From positions 1-54,549 of the forward strand of contig CAZPFY010000003.1 in the NCBI GenBank assembly GCA_964586045.1: a stretch of DNA of 54,549 bases, written 5' to 3'. This document shows positions 52,076-54,549 of the stretch, piece by piece; position 1 is the first letter of the stretch, and each line of letters starts with the position of its first letter. The DNA is from an uncultured Pseudomonadales bacterium. Lineage in GTDB: Bacteria > Patescibacteriota > Microgenomatia > UBA1400 > MFAQ01. Below the pieces are notes generated by a model. The model searched no databases, was not told the origin of the DNA, and worked only from the letters and a program-made list of their open reading frames with translations. The position numbers and the translations under genes are program-made.

Positions 52076-52118
52076 AAAAAAACTCAAGAACTCAAAAAAT
52101 CAAAAACTCAAGATAATG
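52076..52118 (+). repeat. A-rich oligo-repeat R15 (intergenic)
   Basis: aaaaaaactcaagaactcaaaaaatcaaaaactcaagataatg, bracketed by 19-nt direct repeats at 52048-66 and 52142-60. Confidence 0.8.
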
Positions 52119-52213
52119 AGTAAATTCGTATATGTTATGAGAAGATGACGAGCAAGCTCTGATAGCGGATTTGTTATAATGTGCCATAGTTTTAAAATTG
52201 AAATGGAGGATAA

Positions 52214-52462
52214 ATGGCTGAAATAAAAGAGTTAAAGGAATTGGTTAAAGAATTGACGGTAATGGTGGAAAAACCTGAGAATAAGGCTGAGGGAAAAGAG
52301 AAGTTTTCGGAGATGTCGATAGAAGCTTATTTGATTTCAATTGGCAAATCGTGGCTTGATCTTGATGAAAAGCTGATAAGAGAAAATGCGGGTGCTGTTT
52401 GGGTAGTCAGAGCGGGTACTGGGGAGATACCAATTCCATTCCCTGTTGATATTTTTAATTAG
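52214..52462 (+). CDS. hypothetical protein (82 aa)
   Basis: GGAGGA SD, TGtTATAAT promoter about 30 nt upstream, terminator TCCCTC-gctggtgt-GAGGGA plus T5 downstream. Confidence 0.45.
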   Translation: MAEIKELKELVKELTVMVEKPENKAEGKEKFSEMSIEAYLISIGKSWLDLDEKLIRENAGAVWVVRAGTGEIPIPFPVDIFN

Positions 52463-52505
52463 TTTGGATATATCCCTCGCTGGTGTGAGGGATTTTTGTG
52501 CCTAA

Positions 52506-53051
52506 ATGATAAAATACTTGCCTATGCTTGAGAGAAATGAGTTTTTTGGGCAGTATGAGGAAAAATTGAACCTAGCTGAGCTGAGTAAGAATAAGTATTC
52601 TTTACCTGTAAAAGTGGAGGATGTTTTGGGAATTTGGAAACCAATGTATTCACCAGAACATAGTGGTGAAATGGCTCCTGCGGTAGATATAGCCGTTATC
52701 GACCCAAGAATTAAAGAAACTGAGGTTTTGTGTCCTTGCGATGGGGAAGTGGTTTGTGGTGTTTTGACAAATACTAAGTGGGGCACAGGTCCAGAGTATA
52801 AAAATTTATTAAACTGGGTACAAATTAGAACGGCAGATAATGAATTTTTTGAATTGGCACATATCATACCTATAGAGAGGCGAATATTGAGAGTGGGAGA
52901 TCGAGTTCGAAAAGGTGAGGTTATCGCTATTGCGGGACTTAATGGGAGAATGACAGAGACTGGTGGAAAGGTCGATGCTCACATCCATATGTTTGTCTAT
53001 AAATACAATTTTGGAAACTATAAAGGTTTGATAATAAACTGGGAGCAATAA
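52506..53051 (+). CDS. M23/LytM-like peptidase domain protein (tentative)
   Basis: 181 aa; ..VDIAV..CPCDGEVV..ELAHI..VGDRVRKGEVIAIAGLNG..DAHIHMFV follows the H/D...G.V..G..IG..G....H.H pattern of M23; no signal peptide seen. Confidence 0.45.
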   Translation: MIKYLPMLERNEFFGQYEEKLNLAELSKNKYSLPVKVEDVLGIWKPMYSPEHSGEMAPAVDIAVIDPRIKETEVLCPCDGEVVCGVLTNTKWGTGPEYKNLLNWVQIRTADNEFFELAHIIPIERRILRVGDRVRKGEVIAIAGLNGRMTETGGKVDAHIHMFVYKYNFGNYKGLIINWEQ

Positions 53052-53060
53052 TATTTTATT

Positions 53061-53091
53061 TCTGGATTCCTTACAAGCACTGAATGACAGA
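53061..53091 (+). repeat. degenerate intergenic copy of the GGATTCCGG..CCGGAATGACAGA palindromic element
   Basis: tctggattccttacaagcactgaatgacaga; both flanks match the two leuS copies, the stem is destroyed. Confidence 0.55.
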
Positions 53092-53114
53092 TATTTTTGT
53101 ATTAGAATATAGGC

Positions 53115-54549
53115 ATGGCTTATGATTTTAAGGAGATAGAAAAAAAGTGGACGGGAAAATTTGTGAATTTTGATGGTTACAAGGGTAAGGATTTTGATAA
53201 GAGAGAAAAGAAGTATGTTTTGGTTGAGTTTCCTTATCCTTCTGGCGAAGGACTGCATGTAGGTCACGCATTTTCCATGACAGGAGCCGATGTCTACGCT
53301 AGGTTTATGCGGAAGCAGAATAAAAATGTCATGTTTCCCATGGGATTTGATGCTTTTGGTCTCCCCTCTGAGAACTACGCCATTAAAACAGGGATTCAAC
53401 CACAAGTAACAACGGATAGGGTAACGAAACTTTTTCGAAAACAGATGGACGCGATGGCATTTTCTTTTGACTGGGAGAGAGAGGTGAACACAACCTTACC
53501 CAACTACTATAAATGGACACAATGGATATTTACTAAACTTTTTGAGAAGGGGTTGGCCTTTAAAAAAGAAATGCCAATTAATTGGTGCCCATCGTGCAAG
53601 ATAGGACTCGCCAACGAAGAGGTAATTGACGGGAATTGTGAAAGATGTGGGACTGAAACAAGCAAGCGAAATATTTCCCAGTGGGTAGTAAGGATTACTG
53701 ACTACGCTGATAGGCTGGTAGAGGGCCTGAAAGACACCGACTTTATTGAAAAAGTGAAGGCGGCGCAGGTGAATTGGATTGATAGGAGGGAGGGGGTGGA
53801 AATTGATTTTGAGATTAAGTATCCAGATGGATTCCGGATCAAGTCCGGAATGACAGATGGAGGAGAAAAGATTAAAATTTTTACGACGAGGGCGGATACA
53901 TTGGCAGGGGTGGAGTTTGTAGTGGTGGCACCAGAACATCCAATTGTTAAGGAAATATTAAGTGATGATAGTTCTGGATTCCGGGTCAAGCCCGGAATGA
54001 CAGAGTTATTTGATTATGTGGAGGAATTTAGAAAGAGGGATGTGAAGGATAGAAGTGAAAGAAAGAAAACTGGAGTACTTTTGCTAATTAAAGCAATTAA
54101 TCCTCTGACACAAAAAGAAGTTCCAGTTTATGTTTCTGACTACGTCTCGATGGACTTTGGGACTGGGGCGATTATGGGTGTTCCATCCCACGATGAGCGT
54201 GATAATGAGTTTGCCGAGGCTTTAGGGATTACTTTTGATCCGAACTTTGCACAAAGTGAAAATAACGTTGGGGAGAAAAAAGTAACTTATCATCTAAGGG
54301 ATTGGATTTTTTCCCGTCAGCATTATTGGGGAGAGCCGATTCCGACGGTGGACTGTGCCAAGTGTGGGTGGATTCCGGTGTCGGAGAAGGATTTGCCGGT
54401 GATATTGCCAGAAGTGGAAAAATATCAACCGACAGATAACGGAGAGTCGCCTTTGGCTAACATATTTGATTGGGTAAAGACAACTTGTCCTAAGTGTGGT
54501 GGAGAAGCCAAGAGGGAAACAGATACCATGCCAAACTGGGCGGGAAGTG
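53115..54549 (+). CDS. leuS: leucyl-tRNA synthetase (5' part, runs off the window)
   Basis: Open frame from ATG 53115 to the window end; PYPSGEGLHVGHAFSMTGADVYARF (HIGH), WCPSC..CERCG zinc motif, FTTRADTL, CP1 region; TAGAAT 6 nt before the ATG. Confidence 0.9.
   Translation, partial: MAYDFKEIEKKWTGKFVNFDGYKGKDFDKREKKYVLVEFPYPSGEGLHVGHAFSMTGADVYARFMRKQNKNVMFPMGFDAFGLPSENYAIKTGIQPQVTTDRVTKLFRKQMDAMAFSFDWEREVNTTLPNYYKWTQWIFTKLFEKGLAFKKEMPINWCPSCKIGLANEEVIDGNCERCGTETSKRNISQWVVRITDYADRLVEGLKDTDFIEKVKAAQVNWIDRREGVEIDFEIKYPDGFRIKSGMTDGGEKIKIFTTRADTLAGVEFVVVAPEHPIVKEILSDDSSGFRVKPGMTELFDYVEEFRKRDVKDRSERKKTGVLLLIKAINPLTQKEVPVYVSDYVSMDFGTGAIMGVPSHDERDNEFAEALGITFDPNFAQSENNVGEKKVTYHLRDWIFSRQHYWGEPIPTVDCAKCGWIPVSEKDLPVILPEVEKYQPTDNGESPLANIFDWVKTTCPKCGGEAKRETDTMPNWAGS
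53829..53857 (+). repeat. palindromic element copy 1, in frame in leuS
   Basis: ggATTCCGGAtcaagTCCGGAATgacaga, translated DGFRIKSGMTDG. Confidence 0.75.
53977..54005 (+). repeat. palindromic element copy 2, in frame in leuS
   Basis: ggATTCCGGGtcaagCCCGGAATgacaga, translated SGFRVKPGMTEL; the A>G and T>C changes are compensatory in the stem. Confidence 0.75.

Noticed and set aside
5602-52118. A-rich repeats as a CRISPR array or ordinary microsatellite.
   Set aside because: The copies are dispersed over 47 kb with no regular spacer architecture and no cas genes. The units are 7-8 nt with an ordered multi-unit consensus ending in ATG, which is not a simple mono- or di-nucleotide tract.

Overview
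AT-rich, very gene-dense bacterial chromosomal segment of about 60 genes, roughly 80% on the + strand. The gene content suggests a reduced-genome, uncultivated (CPR/Patescibacteria-like) organism; that assignment is inference. It is rich in translation genes: 10 aminoacyl-tRNA synthetase genes (trpS, argS, lysS, an editing-domain-less thrS, two tyrS paralogs, hisS, glyQS, an archaeal-type aspS, a 5' part of leuS), pth, a free-standing tRNA-binding domain protein and 2 tRNAs. Housekeeping genes include ftsH, recF, mutM, a stand-alone 5'-3' exonuclease, an ATP-dependent DNA ligase, trxA/trxB, hsp20, transporters and glycosyltransferases. Signals the ORF track does not explain: (1) A canonical T-box riboswitch sits in front of an orphan operon (unknown N-domain fused to a PPDK_N-type ATP-grasp, plus an HD hydrolase). 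It lies next to a PLP-decarboxylase/second-TyrRS pair, a YerC-like regulator, an M20 hydrolase and a GCS2-like ligase. (2) A ~165-185 nt intergenic structured element occurs in three copies whose helices covary. (3) An A-rich oligo-repeat (AAAACTCAAAAAATCAAAAACTCAAAATG) occurs 15 times, always on the + strand, 8 times in frame inside conserved genes. (4) A small palindromic element is inserted in frame twice in leuS with a compensatory stem change. (5) Two 20-21-codon His-His leader ORFs are embedded in terminator/antiterminator alternatives, upstream of hisS and of the GCS2-like gene. (6) At about 20 start codons a TAnnnT box lies a fixed 6-7 nt upstream, implying leaderless mRNAs. (7) Four promoter-plus-terminator-bounded candidate ncRNAs lie around hsp20. 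(8) Also present are a CsoR/CstR-type operator in front of the thioredoxin genes, a CIRCE-like operator, a Rel/SpoT homolog frameshifted in a T7 run, and a markedly lower-GC P-loop/LDH-like fusion gene. No CRISPR array, rRNA, transposase or phage genes were seen. All family assignments come from motif recognition by eye, not from searches.
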